A stretch of 64,000 nucleotides of DNA, taken from positions 263,542 to 327,541 of the forward strand of contig CAVOVE010000013.1 of the NCBI GenBank assembly GCA_963699775.1. Reading direction: 5' to 3'. Position 1 is the first letter of the stretch, and each line of letters starts with the position of its first letter. The position numbers and the translations under genes were made by a program. The notes beneath the pieces were generated by a model. That model was not told the DNA's origin, did not search any database, and saw only the letters and a list, made by a program, of their open reading frames with translations. The stretch is from an uncultured Candidatus Rokubacteria bacterium. Its GTDB lineage: Bacteria > JAUVQV01 > DATDCY01. This document shows, piece by piece, positions 10,820 to 20,092 of this stretch.

Positions 10820-12316
10820 ATGGGAATCCTCACCCTGATCACGGTCGTGCCCTTCGTCGCGGTGGGCATCATCATGCTGCTGCCCGCCGAGCGGCTCAAG
10901 ACGATCAAGCAGGTCGCCCTCGTCGCCGCCGGCATCGACGTCGCGCTCGCGGTCTACCTCGTCTTCGACGCCCTCGAGCGCGTCGGCACGCCCGGACCCG
11001 CCGGCGCCCCGCCGCTCTGGCACGTCGAGCGCTACGCCTGGCTCGACAGGCTCGGCATCGAGTACTACTTCGGCGTGGACGGGGTCGCGGTGCTGATGAT
11101 CCTGCTCACCGCCGTCGTCATCTTCTGCGGCGTGCTCGCCTCCTGGAGCCACGAGCACCGCGGCAAGGAGTTCTTCGCCTTCCTGCTGCTGCTGGTCGGC
11201 GGCGTCTTCGGCGTCTTCGCCTCCCAGGACCTCTTCCTCTTCTTCCTCTTCTACGAAATCGCGGTGCTGCCGATGTACCTGCTGATCGGCCTCTGGGGGA
11301 CCGGCCCGAAGGAGTACTCCGCGATGAAGCTGACCCTGATGCTGATGGGCGGCTCGGCGCTGATCGTGGTCGGCATCCTGGTGCTCTTCTTCCAGTCCGG
11401 CTCGCCGACCTTCTCGATGGAGAGCATCGCCCTCGCCGGCGTCCCGCTGGCAACGCAGGCCTGGGTCTTCCCGCTGATGTTCTTCGGGTTCGGCACGCTC
11501 GGCGGGCTCTGGCCGTTCCACACCTGGTCGCCCGACGGCCACGCCTCGGCGCCGACCGCGGTCTCGATGCTGCACGCCGGCGTGCTGATGAAGCTCGGCG
11601 GCTACGGCTGCCTCAAGGTGATCTGGCTGATGCCCGAAGGCGCGAAGATGTGGGGGACGTTCTTCCTCGCGCTGACGACGGTGAACATCTTCTACGGGGC
11701 GCTGGTCGCCTGCAAGAAGACCGACCTGAAGTACATCACCGCGTACAGTTCGGTCAGCCACTGCGGCCTGGTCATCTTCGGGCTCTCGACGCTCAACCAG
11801 ACCGGCTTCCAGGGCGCCGTCTTCCAGATGTTCGCCCACGGCCTGATGACGGCGCTCTTCTTCGCGCTGATCGGGATGATCTACGGGCGCACGCACACCC
11901 GCTTCATCACCGAGATGGGCGGGCTGATCAAGGTGATGCCGTTTCTCGGCGTCTGCTACATGATCGGCGGGATGGCGGGGCTCGGCCTGCCCGGGCTGGC
12001 CGGCTTCATCGCCGAAGTCCAGGTCTTCGTCGGCGCCTTCGCCGACGCCTCGACCTCGCACCGCGTGATGACCGTGCTCGCCGCCTCGAGCGTGGTCACC
12101 ACGGCGGTCTATCTGCTGCGGGCACTGACCAAGATGCTCTACGGGCCGCTGCAGGACCCGCATCACGCCGAGCTCACGGACGCCACCTTCGTCGAGCGCG
12201 TGCCGCTCGTGATCCTCGTGTTCTTTCTCGCCTTCGCCGGCATGTTCCCCGGCTGGATGATCAAGCTCATCGCCCCCTCCGTCGCGCCGATCGTGGCGCG
12301 GCTCGGGGCCGGGTGA
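10820..12316 (+). CDS. nuoM: NADH-quinone oxidoreductase subunit M (intact)
   Basis: 498-aa continuous ORF with FFLFYEIAVLPMYLLIGLWG, HTWSPDGHASAPTAVSMLHAGVLMKLGGYG and YSSVSHCGLV. Confidence 0.95.
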   Translation: MGILTLITVVPFVAVGIIMLLPAERLKTIKQVALVAAGIDVALAVYLVFDALERVGTPGPAGAPPLWHVERYAWLDRLGIEYYFGVDGVAVLMILLTAVVIFCGVLASWSHEHRGKEFFAFLLLLVGGVFGVFASQDLFLFFLFYEIAVLPMYLLIGLWGTGPKEYSAMKLTLMLMGGSALIVVGILVLFFQSGSPTFSMESIALAGVPLATQAWVFPLMFFGFGTLGGLWPFHTWSPDGHASAPTAVSMLHAGVLMKLGGYGCLKVIWLMPEGAKMWGTFFLALTTVNIFYGALVACKKTDLKYITAYSSVSHCGLVIFGLSTLNQTGFQGAVFQMFAHGLMTALFFALIGMIYGRTHTRFITEMGGLIKVMPFLGVCYMIGGMAGLGLPGLAGFIAEVQVFVGAFADASTSHRVMTVLAASSVVTTAVYLLRALTKMLYGPLQDPHHAELTDATFVERVPLVILVFFLAFAGMFPGWMIKLIAPSVAPIVARLGAG

Positions 12317-12332
12317 GGGGAGGGGCGGGGGC

Positions 12333-13777
12333 ATGAACGGAGCTTTCGCGATGATCGCGCTCGAATGCGCGCTGATGCTCCTGGCGGCGATCGTGCTCGG
12401 TATCGGCATGGTCGACCCCAAGCGCCGGGACGGCCGACCGGAGGCGCATGATCGCCGCCATCGGGTTCACCGTGCTTTTTGCCGGAACCTTTGTCGGGCT
12501 CTCGCCGCTGGGTGAGGCCTTCGGCGGCGCCTGGGGCGTGGGGCCGTTCTCCGTGCTCTACAAGCGGTTGTTCCTGGCGGCCGGCGCGCTGACCGCGCTG
12601 CTCTCCTGTCCCAGCGGCGAACCGAAGCCGTCGATCCCGCGCGGACGCCTGGGCGAGGCGCTCGGGCTGATGATCTTCTCGGTCACGGGCATGTGCGTGC
12701 TCGTCTCCTCGCGGGAGTTGGCGCTGCTGTACACCGGCCTCGAGCTGGTGACGATGCCGCTGGTCGCGCTGGTCGCCTTCCACCCGCGCGAGCCCCGCGG
12801 CGCCGAGGCCGGCCTCAAGTACGTCTTCACCTCGGCGCTCTCCTCGGGCTTTCTGCTCTACGGCCTCTCCTTCGTCTACGGACTCACCGGCACGACGATG
12901 ATCGCCGAGATCGCCGAGCGGCTGCCGGCCGGGCCGCTGACGCTGGCGGCGCTGATCATGGTGATGGTCGGCGTGGGGTTCAAGATCTCGGCCGTCCCCT
13001 TCCACCTCTGGGCGCCGGATGTCTACGAGGGCGGGCCGGTCGTCGTCTCCGCCTTCCTCGCGGTCGCCTCCAAGGCCGCCGGGTTCGCCCTCTTCGCCAA
13101 GGTCGTCAGCCTGGCGTTCGCGCGGGTCGGCGACAGCGTCAGCCTGCTCGTCGCGCTGCTTGCGGTCGTGACCATGACCGTCGGGAACCTGGTGGCGCTG
13201 CACCAGACGAACATCAAGCGCTTCCTCGCCTATTCCTCGATCGCCCAGGCCGGCTATCTGATGATCGGTCTCGCCCCCGGCGGCTACCGCGCCGACGCCT
13301 CCGTCGCCTTCTACCTGCTGGTCTACCTCGTCTCCTGCCTCGCGGCGTTCGGCGTGGCGGCGATCGTCGCGGGAGCGACCGGACGCGAGGACATGCGGGA
13401 GTACATCGGGCTTTCGGAGTCGAACCCGAAGCTGGCGTTCGTGATGATGCTCTCGCTCTTCTCGCTCTCGGGCATCCCGCCGCTGGCCGGGCTTCCTCGG
13501 GAAGTTCTACCTCTTCGCCGCGGCCGCCGAGAAGGGCATGGCCTGGCTCGTGCTCGTCGGCGCCGTCAACTCCACGGTCTCCCTCTTTTACTACCTGACG
13601 GTGATCCGCTGGATGTACATCGAGAAGCCGACCCCGGAGCAGTCGGCGGTGCCGCCGATCCGCACCTCGACTTGCGGCGGCGCGGTCCTCGCGATCTGCA
13701 CGGTGGGGATGCTGGCGCTCGGGCTGCTGCCGCAGATCCTGCGCTGGGTCGAGACCGCCGCCAGCGCCGGGTTCTGA
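12333..13777 (+). CDS. nuoN: NADH-quinone oxidoreductase subunit N (2 frame breaks near 12430 and 13495)
   Basis: Contains LALLYTGLELVTMPL, FKISAVPFHLWAPDVYEGGPVVVSAFLAV, KRFLAYSSIAQAGYL and FLGKFYLF. Confidence 0.9.
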
Positions 13778-13780
13778 CCA

Positions 13781-13807
13781 GGCGCGGGGCGCTTTTCCGC
13801 CCGCGCC
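13781..13807. terminator. GC-rich hairpin between the convergent nuoN and pabBC genes
   Basis: GGCGCGGG...CCCGCGCC, an 8-10 bp stem with a CTTTTC loop. No flanking U-tract on either strand. Confidence 0.4.
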
Positions 13808-13820
13808 CGGAAGCTTATCG

Positions 13821-15622
13821 TCAGGTTGTTGCGCGGCAGCGGCGCCAGCCTCTCACCGAGTTGATCAGCCAGAGTTCTTTCGCCTCGCGCACCTCCTCGG
13901 CCGTGATGCGCTTCTCGCGGATCGCGCCGCGCTCGAGCAGCTGGCCGCGGAACGTGCCGGCGAGCAGGCCGGCCTCCGACCGGCGGCGTCCAGTACCCGT
14001 CCTGATCGCGCACCACGACATTGGCGATTGTCGATTCCGTGACCTCGCCCTCTTCGTTGACGAGAATGACGTCGTCGCACCCGGGAGATCCTGCCAGCGC
14101 CTGCTCGTAGACCTGCCGCCGCGTGGTCTTGTGATAGAGAAACCGGTCGCGCCGCCTGACCGGTTCTTGAGCCAGCGCAACAGCAACCGCGCGGGCCGAG
14201 CGGACCGACGGGGGCGTGTCGCTCAAGGTCACCGCACGCTGCCCGAGCGGCGCGACGGTCACCTCGATCCCGCCCCGCTCATCCAGCAGCAGGCGCACGC
14301 GCTGCGGGCGGCGCAGGCCGCGCGTCGCCGCGACGAGTCGCGCCCGGATCGCGCCCGCGTCGCAGGCGAACCCGAAGTACGCCGCGGAGTCGCCGATGCG
14401 CCGCAGGTGCCGCTCGAGCAGCAGCAGGCCCTCGCCCGGCGTCCAGGCGAGCGTTTCGATGAGCCGGAACGGCGGCGGCAGACCGCCGAGCACCAGCGTC
14501 TTGGTCCGGCACTCGTCGAACTCGGCCGCGGCCCGCGCGTCCCAGACGATGCCGCTGCCGGTCCCGTACTCGGCAAGGTTTTTCCGGCGGTCCACGACGA
14601 GCGTCCGGATCGCCACGTTCATCCAGCCGCGCCGGCCCGGGCCGAGCACGCCCACGCATCCGGTGTAGATCCCGCGCGGCGTGCGCTCGGTCTCCTTGAT
14701 GATCTGCATCGTGCGCACCTTGGGGGCGCCGGTGATCGACGCCGACGGGAAGAGCGCGAGCAGGATCTCGTCGAGCGGGGCGGCGGTCTCGGCGCGGACG
14801 GTCGAGGTCATCTGCCAGAGCGTCGGGTAGCGCTCGGTCTCCCAGAGCCGCGGCACCCGGACCGTCCCGACCCGGGCGATCCGGCCCAGGTCGTTGCGCA
14901 CCATGTCCACGATCATCACGTTTTCGGCCCGCTCCTTCTCGGAGGCGCGCAGGCCTGCGGCCTGCAGCCGGTCCTCGACCAGCGTCAGCCCGCGCGGCGC
15001 CGTCCCCTTCATCGGGCGGCAGGTCAGAAGGTCGTCCTCGAGGCGGAAGCAGAGTTCGGGGGAGGCCGAGAGAACGGCATACCTGCCGGCGTCGATGAAC
15101 GCCGCGTACCGCGACCGCTGGGCCCGCGCGAGAGCGGTGAAGCGCTCGAACGGGTCGCCGTCCCAGGGAGCGCGCAGCCGGTAGGTGTAGTTGACCTGGT
15201 AGGTGTCCCCCGCCGCGATGTGCTCGTGAATCCGGCGCACCGCACCGTGGTAGATCTCCGGGGTCGGCCCCCCGCGCCACGTTGGCGTGAACGGCGCTGT
15301 CCCGGGAGTGATTGCCGGTGCGGCCGTCATCCTCCCCGCCCGCGAAGAGCGCGAACCAGGCCAACGGCACCGGGCCTGGCGGACGGACCACCAGCGCCGG
15401 ATCGAACGCCGGTGCGGCTTCGTAGGCGATCCAGCCGACCGCAACGCGCCCCGCGAGCGTCTGCCGCCGCACCTCGGCCAGCAGCGGCATGACGTCGCAG
15501 AGACGCGACGCGGACAGCACCCCGAGAGGCTCGCGGTACCGCCGCCAGCCGGAGCCGGTTTCGCGGCCGTCAGTCGCGAGGGCGGACACGGGCGGCGCAC
15601 TGACGTATTTCTTCTGCCGCAT
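13821..15622 (-). CDS. pabB: fused aminodeoxychorismate synthase component I / class IV aminotransferase (PabB-PabC), 2 frame breaks
   Basis: Chorismate-binding motifs CRPMKGTAPRG, PSASITGAPK, RGIYTGCVGVL and GSGIVWDA, followed by an ADC-lyase-like tail LYHKTTRRQVYEQA...DDVILVNEEGEVTESTIANVVV...GLLAGTFRGQLLERG. Confidence 0.85.
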
Positions 15623-15823
15623 GAGCGCAGTTTTTCACGCCCCGGGCAGGGCGTCAACGACCACCGGCTGAAGCTGGGGGCTCGAACCCTTCCCGGTCGG
15701 GACTGTCAAGGCGTACGGCGCCGGTGACGGCCCCGGGAAGACGGTCGCTGCCGGCCAGCGCGGTTGCGTACCACGACGAACGCGTGTGCGAGAACTTCGT
15801 CATTCCGTGATGTCCGTCGGCGG

Positions 15824-17041
15824 TTACAGGTCCGCGATGCCGGTGTTCTCGATCTCGGGCTGAATGGTGTCGATGTGCCGCGGCAGCGCCATGATGGAAA
15901 AAAGATACGACGCCAGGCAGAACTGGACGCCATCGATGAAGAGCAGCAGGGAGAAGAAGAGGATTCGGACCCGGTTCAGGCTGCCAAAGCCGGAGGAGAC
16001 CCACTCGAAGACCACCGCGCAGGCAATGGCGCTCCCGGCGAGCGCGATGGCGGCCGAGCCGAGGAAGGCTTTCTCGAACGTGAACCAGCGGTAGAGCCGG
16101 GCGACCAACTCGTCGTAGTGCAGTCCCGAGAGGTGGCCGTAGGACTTCGCCAGCAGGCCGACCGTCACGACCTGAATGCCGACGATGTTCAGCATGCCGG
16201 CCATGATCATGAAATGGAGGTCGATGCTGCGTCCGGCGATGACCACCGGACCAAACGCGATCGGCAGCGCCAGGAGCAGCCCGAGCACCGTACAGATCGC
16301 CCCGGGGAGCAGCAGCAGCAACGTCGGGCTGTGCAGGATGATAAAGCGCATGTGGCGCCACCCGTCGCGGAAAGACTGGAGCTTGGAGTCTCCGATCCGC
16401 GGGTGGTAGATGATGTCCCGCTGGGCCAGGGAGACCCCCACGCGAATCGCCCGCACGACCATCTCGCTGGCGAACTCCATGCCTGTCGTGACGCAGTGCA
16501 GTCGCCGGTAGGCCTCCATGGAGATCGCCCGCAGTCCGCAGTGCACGTCGCGCACCCGCTGGTCGCGGAACAGCAATCGCAGCATCCCCGAGAGCATCGG
16601 GTTGCCGATGTAGCGGTGCAGCGGCGGCATGGCGCCGGGGAGAATGTTGCCCATCCGGTTACCGATCACGAACTCCGCCTCGCCGGCGATGATTGGCCGC
16701 ACCAGGTCGCCGAGATTCCTGAAGTCGTAGGTCAGGTCGCCGTCGCCCATCACGCCGATCTCGTACCGCGCGTTGGCGAAGCCCTTGCGCAGCGACGCTC
16801 CGTAGCCGCGGTGGGGTTCCGTCAACACGCGGGCCCCGGCGGCCGCGGCGATCATCGCCGAGCGGTCGGTGGACGCGTTGTCGACGACGATAACCTCCCC
16901 CTCGGCCCCGATCGCCGCAATCCCCTCGCGGGCGGCCGCGATGACCTGGGCGATGGAGGCCTCCTCGTTGAGGCAGGGGATGATGACGCTGATGCAAGGC
17001 ACCCGGCCGAAGCCGTCGCTGCCGGGACCTTCCTTACCCAT
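15824..17041 (-). CDS. family 2 glycosyltransferase with C-terminal multi-TM domain (polyprenyl-phosphate sugar synthase-like), intact
   Basis: VIIPCLNEE, VVDNASTDRS, GDGDLTYD, then 4-5 TM helices. ATG 17041 is preceded by GGAGG; the ORF track begins at a TTG 6 nt upstream. Confidence 0.85.
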   Translation of the reverse strand: MGKEGPGSDGFGRVPCISVIIPCLNEEASIAQVIAAAREGIAAIGAEGEVIVVDNASTDRSAMIAAAAGARVLTEPHRGYGASLRKGFANARYEIGVMGDGDLTYDFRNLGDLVRPIIAGEAEFVIGNRMGNILPGAMPPLHRYIGNPMLSGMLRLLFRDQRVRDVHCGLRAISMEAYRRLHCVTTGMEFASEMVVRAIRVGVSLAQRDIIYHPRIGDSKLQSFRDGWRHMRFIILHSPTLLLLLPGAICTVLGLLLALPIAFGPVVIAGRSIDLHFMIMAGMLNIVGIQVVTVGLLAKSYGHLSGLHYDELVARLYRWFTFEKAFLGSAAIALAGSAIACAVVFEWVSSGFGSLNRVRILFFSLLLFIDGVQFCLASYLFSIMALPRHIDTIQPEIENTGIADL

Positions 17042-17128
17042 GATCAACTTCCTCCACCTCGACGCTTCCGGCAGGCCGCCGCCCTCGCCTGCGCTCAGCC
17101 AGCCTCAGGATATTATTATCGCACATCA

Positions 17129-19150
17129 TCACGATGCCGGCTGCACCTGGTACAGGATGAAGTCCGCCCCGCGGGGATGCGTCGACGTCGGAACCCCCCG
17201 CCTGCTATCGCGGAGCTTGGATGAAGCGAGGGGATAAGCCCCCACCGGGACAAGGCCCACGGCCTGCGGGTCACCGAACTTCTGCTGCGTGAGGAACAGC
17301 ACCGCGGCCCCCGCGGCAGCCCGGCGTCGCATCAGGGTCAACAGCCTCAGGCGGCGCTCGGGGTTCGGGGCCGAAAGTTCGTATGCCCTGTGCCCGTATA
17401 CGAACCGCATTGCGGCCGCGAACCCCGCCTGGTCGCTGTAGAGCTCGGCGGCCGCCGGAACGGCGCTTGCGAGTTCCTCAGACCAGCCGATCAGGCCGGG
17501 CCACTCCCGCTCGCGCGCCATTGTCCGGGTGGCGCCGGCGTTGAGCCAGAGGACCGCCACAACCAGGGCGACGCCGGCGAATGCCAGGGCCGGTGGCTGG
17601 TTCCGCCGCGCTCTCGCGACCAGCGCGGCCGCGGCGGCGATCCCGACGCTGGCGAGCGGAACGACGACCGGGACGAACCGCCGGCTGACCCACATCAGGT
17701 AGTGGTCGTGGAAGACGTTGATCGTCAGGATCACCAGCACCGAGGAGGAGGCTGCCAGCCAGGCCGTTTCCCAGAGGCGCCGGCGGGTGATGATGAGGGC
17801 AGCGATCCCGGCCAGCGCGACGGTGACGCCGAGCGGCCCGAACAAATCGACCAGGTAAAGCACGTTGCCGGATTCGGGGCCGGAGAGCAGCGCGGCGAAC
17901 TTCGGGAGCGGCGGGTCGCCGACGAGCAGCCGGAAGAGGTGTCCGGCCTGGCCCTCGCCGGCAAGGTGGGGGCGGCCGAACCAACCGAACAGAACCCAGG
18001 AGCAGAGCGCAGCGGCGGTTGCGGCCCGCAACGCCGCCGCGCGCTGCAAGAGACCCGCTTCCAGACGCCTCCCCACGCGGGTACGGCGCAGCAGCAGAGT
18101 CGCGGAGACAGCGATCACCGCTGCGGCGAGGAATCGGCCCACAAGGCCCCCGACGGGCTGGTAGAAGGGCGAGAAGAATTGCTGGTGCAAGCTGGCCTGG
18201 ACGCTGAAACCTGCAGCTATCCCGAGCGCGGCGAGGACGGGCCGGGTCTTTCCGGCAGGACCCATCCCCAAGAGGAGCACGACCGCAAGCGGGACCAGGA
18301 TCAGGACGGTGTCGTAGCGCGTGAGGACCGCCATGCCGAGGGCCGCGCCGGCAAGAGGGGCCACGAGCGGCGGCGGGTCCTCCTCCAGCGTCGCAAAGGC
18401 CAGGAGCGCGGTGCCGCAGAGGAGGAAGAGTTGCGTCATCATCTCGGCGGTCGGGAATTTCGCCTGCCAGATCTGGGGCGCGGCGAGGGCGTGCAGCAGG
18501 GCCGCAGCGAGGGCCCAGCGACGCCCGAGCAGCATTGACGCCAACGCGTAGAGGGCGAGAACGGCGGCAACGTTGAGCAGTGGGTTCACCAGCAGCGCCG
18601 CTCGGATCCCCCCCACCGACCAGGCAACGGCCATCAGGCACGGGTAGAGGTGGTAGAACTGCGGCGCGACCCGGCCGTCGCCGAGGAGGAACATCCCCTG
18701 GAAGGGCATGTACACATCGCCGAGACTGCGGAAGAGCAACTCGCGCTCCTCCGCGCCAAGAGCGACGAAATCCGGCTGGTCGATCAGCAGGGACCCCGAA
18801 CGGGCCACCACGGCGGCGGTTTGGACGTAGACGCCGGGGTCAAAACCGCCGAGGATGCTCTCGTCCGGGGGCAGCGTGAGCAGAAGCGTGGCGCAGGCGA
18901 TGCCGACGGCGAGCAGGTCCTCGGGGGCAATGCCAGGCGCATCCCCGACGCTCCTGACGCGCGACAGAAGACGGAAGGCGAGCAGGGCGGCGACCGGGAA
19001 AGCCATGAGCGGCAGGACGGCGGTGAAGTGCCCGAATTCTGCAAGCGTGAGCGACGTCCAGGAGGTTGCAGCAAGGCCCGCGACGAGTGAAGCACCGACA
19101 GCGGTTACGAGGCGCATGTCAGTCAGCCACCACGTGAGTCGGGTTCGCAC
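17129..19150 (-). CDS. GT-C fold membrane glycosyltransferase (ArnT/PMT-like), intact
   Basis: 673-aa polytopic ORF. The first periplasmic loop carries GGFDPGVY, and the hydrophobic pattern is ArnT-like. It lies directly downstream of the GT2 gene. The start could be GTG 19150 or ATG 19117. Confidence 0.6.
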   Translation of the reverse strand: MRTRLTWWLTDMRLVTAVGASLVAGLAATSWTSLTLAEFGHFTAVLPLMAFPVAALLAFRLLSRVRSVGDAPGIAPEDLLAVGIACATLLLTLPPDESILGGFDPGVYVQTAAVVARSGSLLIDQPDFVALGAEERELLFRSLGDVYMPFQGMFLLGDGRVAPQFYHLYPCLMAVAWSVGGIRAALLVNPLLNVAAVLALYALASMLLGRRWALAAALLHALAAPQIWQAKFPTAEMMTQLFLLCGTALLAFATLEEDPPPLVAPLAGAALGMAVLTRYDTVLILVPLAVVLLLGMGPAGKTRPVLAALGIAAGFSVQASLHQQFFSPFYQPVGGLVGRFLAAAVIAVSATLLLRRTRVGRRLEAGLLQRAAALRAATAAALCSWVLFGWFGRPHLAGEGQAGHLFRLLVGDPPLPKFAALLSGPESGNVLYLVDLFGPLGVTVALAGIAALIITRRRLWETAWLAASSSVLVILTINVFHDHYLMWVSRRFVPVVVPLASVGIAAAAALVARARRNQPPALAFAGVALVVAVLWLNAGATRTMAREREWPGLIGWSEELASAVPAAAELYSDQAGFAAAMRFVYGHRAYELSAPNPERRLRLLTLMRRRAAAGAAVLFLTQQKFGDPQAVGLVPVGAYPLASSKLRDSRRGVPTSTHPRGADFILYQVQPAS

Positions 19151-19551
19151 GGAGCCCCGGGAGTACGGCGGTGGAGAATTTCACTTTCCCGGCACCGCTT
19201 TGTCACCCCTTACCCGAAGCTCTGGGGAGGCAGCCGGAACCCCTCTCAAACCGGTATGTGCAGACGCGCCGTGTGAAGATTTCGTCACCCCACTATTGTT
19301 GACGGGTCGGGCATTCAGTCCCGATGGTGGAATTCTACCATCTCTCGCCTGCCGAGGGAGGGGTTTCCCGAGGCTGAAAGGTCGGCACGGGGAGGCGGGC
19401 TTGCCAGACCAAACAGAGCATGGCGTTCCCGGTGGCTCGCGCGCGATTGCGAAGACCCCCTGCGGGGGCTTTTCGATCGCGACCGCCGACCGCCAGCGCG
19501 CGGGTCAAGGAATCCCGGCAGAAACCCAAACGGCAAAGTGTGACGCGGTAC

Positions 19552-19579
19552 CTTGACAAACCCCGGATAAGCGTAAAAA
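19552..19579 (+). promoter_or_regulatory. candidate sigma70 promoter (TTGACA-N16-AAAAAT) for the lipoprotein/coiled-coil pair
   Basis: Perfect -35 hexamer, about 58 nt upstream of ATG 19637. Confidence 0.4.
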
Positions 19580-19636
19580 TCGCCGCACACATCATGCCTT
19601 CAACAACGATGACAACATGAAGAGCGAGGGAGTCCC

Positions 19637-20092
19637 ATGAAAAAAGCGGTTCTGTTCGGGTTTCTGGCCTTTCTGGCACTGCCCGGCTGTGCGTCGGTCA
19701 CCCTCAAGCCGGTCGATTTCTCCTGGTCGTACGAGAGCGTTCTGACCACGGACTCCGCGGGCTACGTCAGGGCCGAGCCGAAAACCATCGCCTTCAACGC
19801 GGGGGAGCTTTTTCGGGCGGAGCAGAAGGACCCGGCCGCAGCCGCGGGCATGGTCGTCAGGATTATCCGCGACTACGACGGGTACTATTTCATCACGGCC
19901 CCCGGCTTCAAGCACGTGTACATTTTCAGCGGGGCAAAAGGGGAATTGACCCTGAAGAAAAAGGTGCTCATTGCTGAGCAGGGCATGGAGAAGCCGTTCT
20001 TCAACCGCCGGGAACTGGGGATCGAACTGGTCGCCAACGGCCAGGCGTATCTCTTGAACAGGAAAGGCATCGTCCCGGGAGAAAAGAAATGA
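19637..20092 (+). CDS. lipoprotein of unknown function
   Basis: MKKAVLFGFLAFLALPGC has a lipobox (LPGC). SD GAGGGAG lies upstream. Its stop overlaps the next ATG (ATGA). Confidence 0.7.
   Translation: MKKAVLFGFLAFLALPGCASVTLKPVDFSWSYESVLTTDSAGYVRAEPKTIAFNAGELFRAEQKDPAAAAGMVVRIIRDYDGYYFITAPGFKHVYIFSGAKGELTLKKKVLIAEQGMEKPFFNRRELGIELVANGQAYLLNRKGIVPGEKK

Noticed and set aside
15674-15695. tRNA-like T-arm string GGGGGCTCGAACCC in the pabBC/GT2 intergenic region.
   Set aside because: The flanking sequence cannot be folded into acceptor, D or anticodon arms, and the T-stem pairs at only 3-4 bp. I found no tRNA or rRNA gene anywhere in the window.
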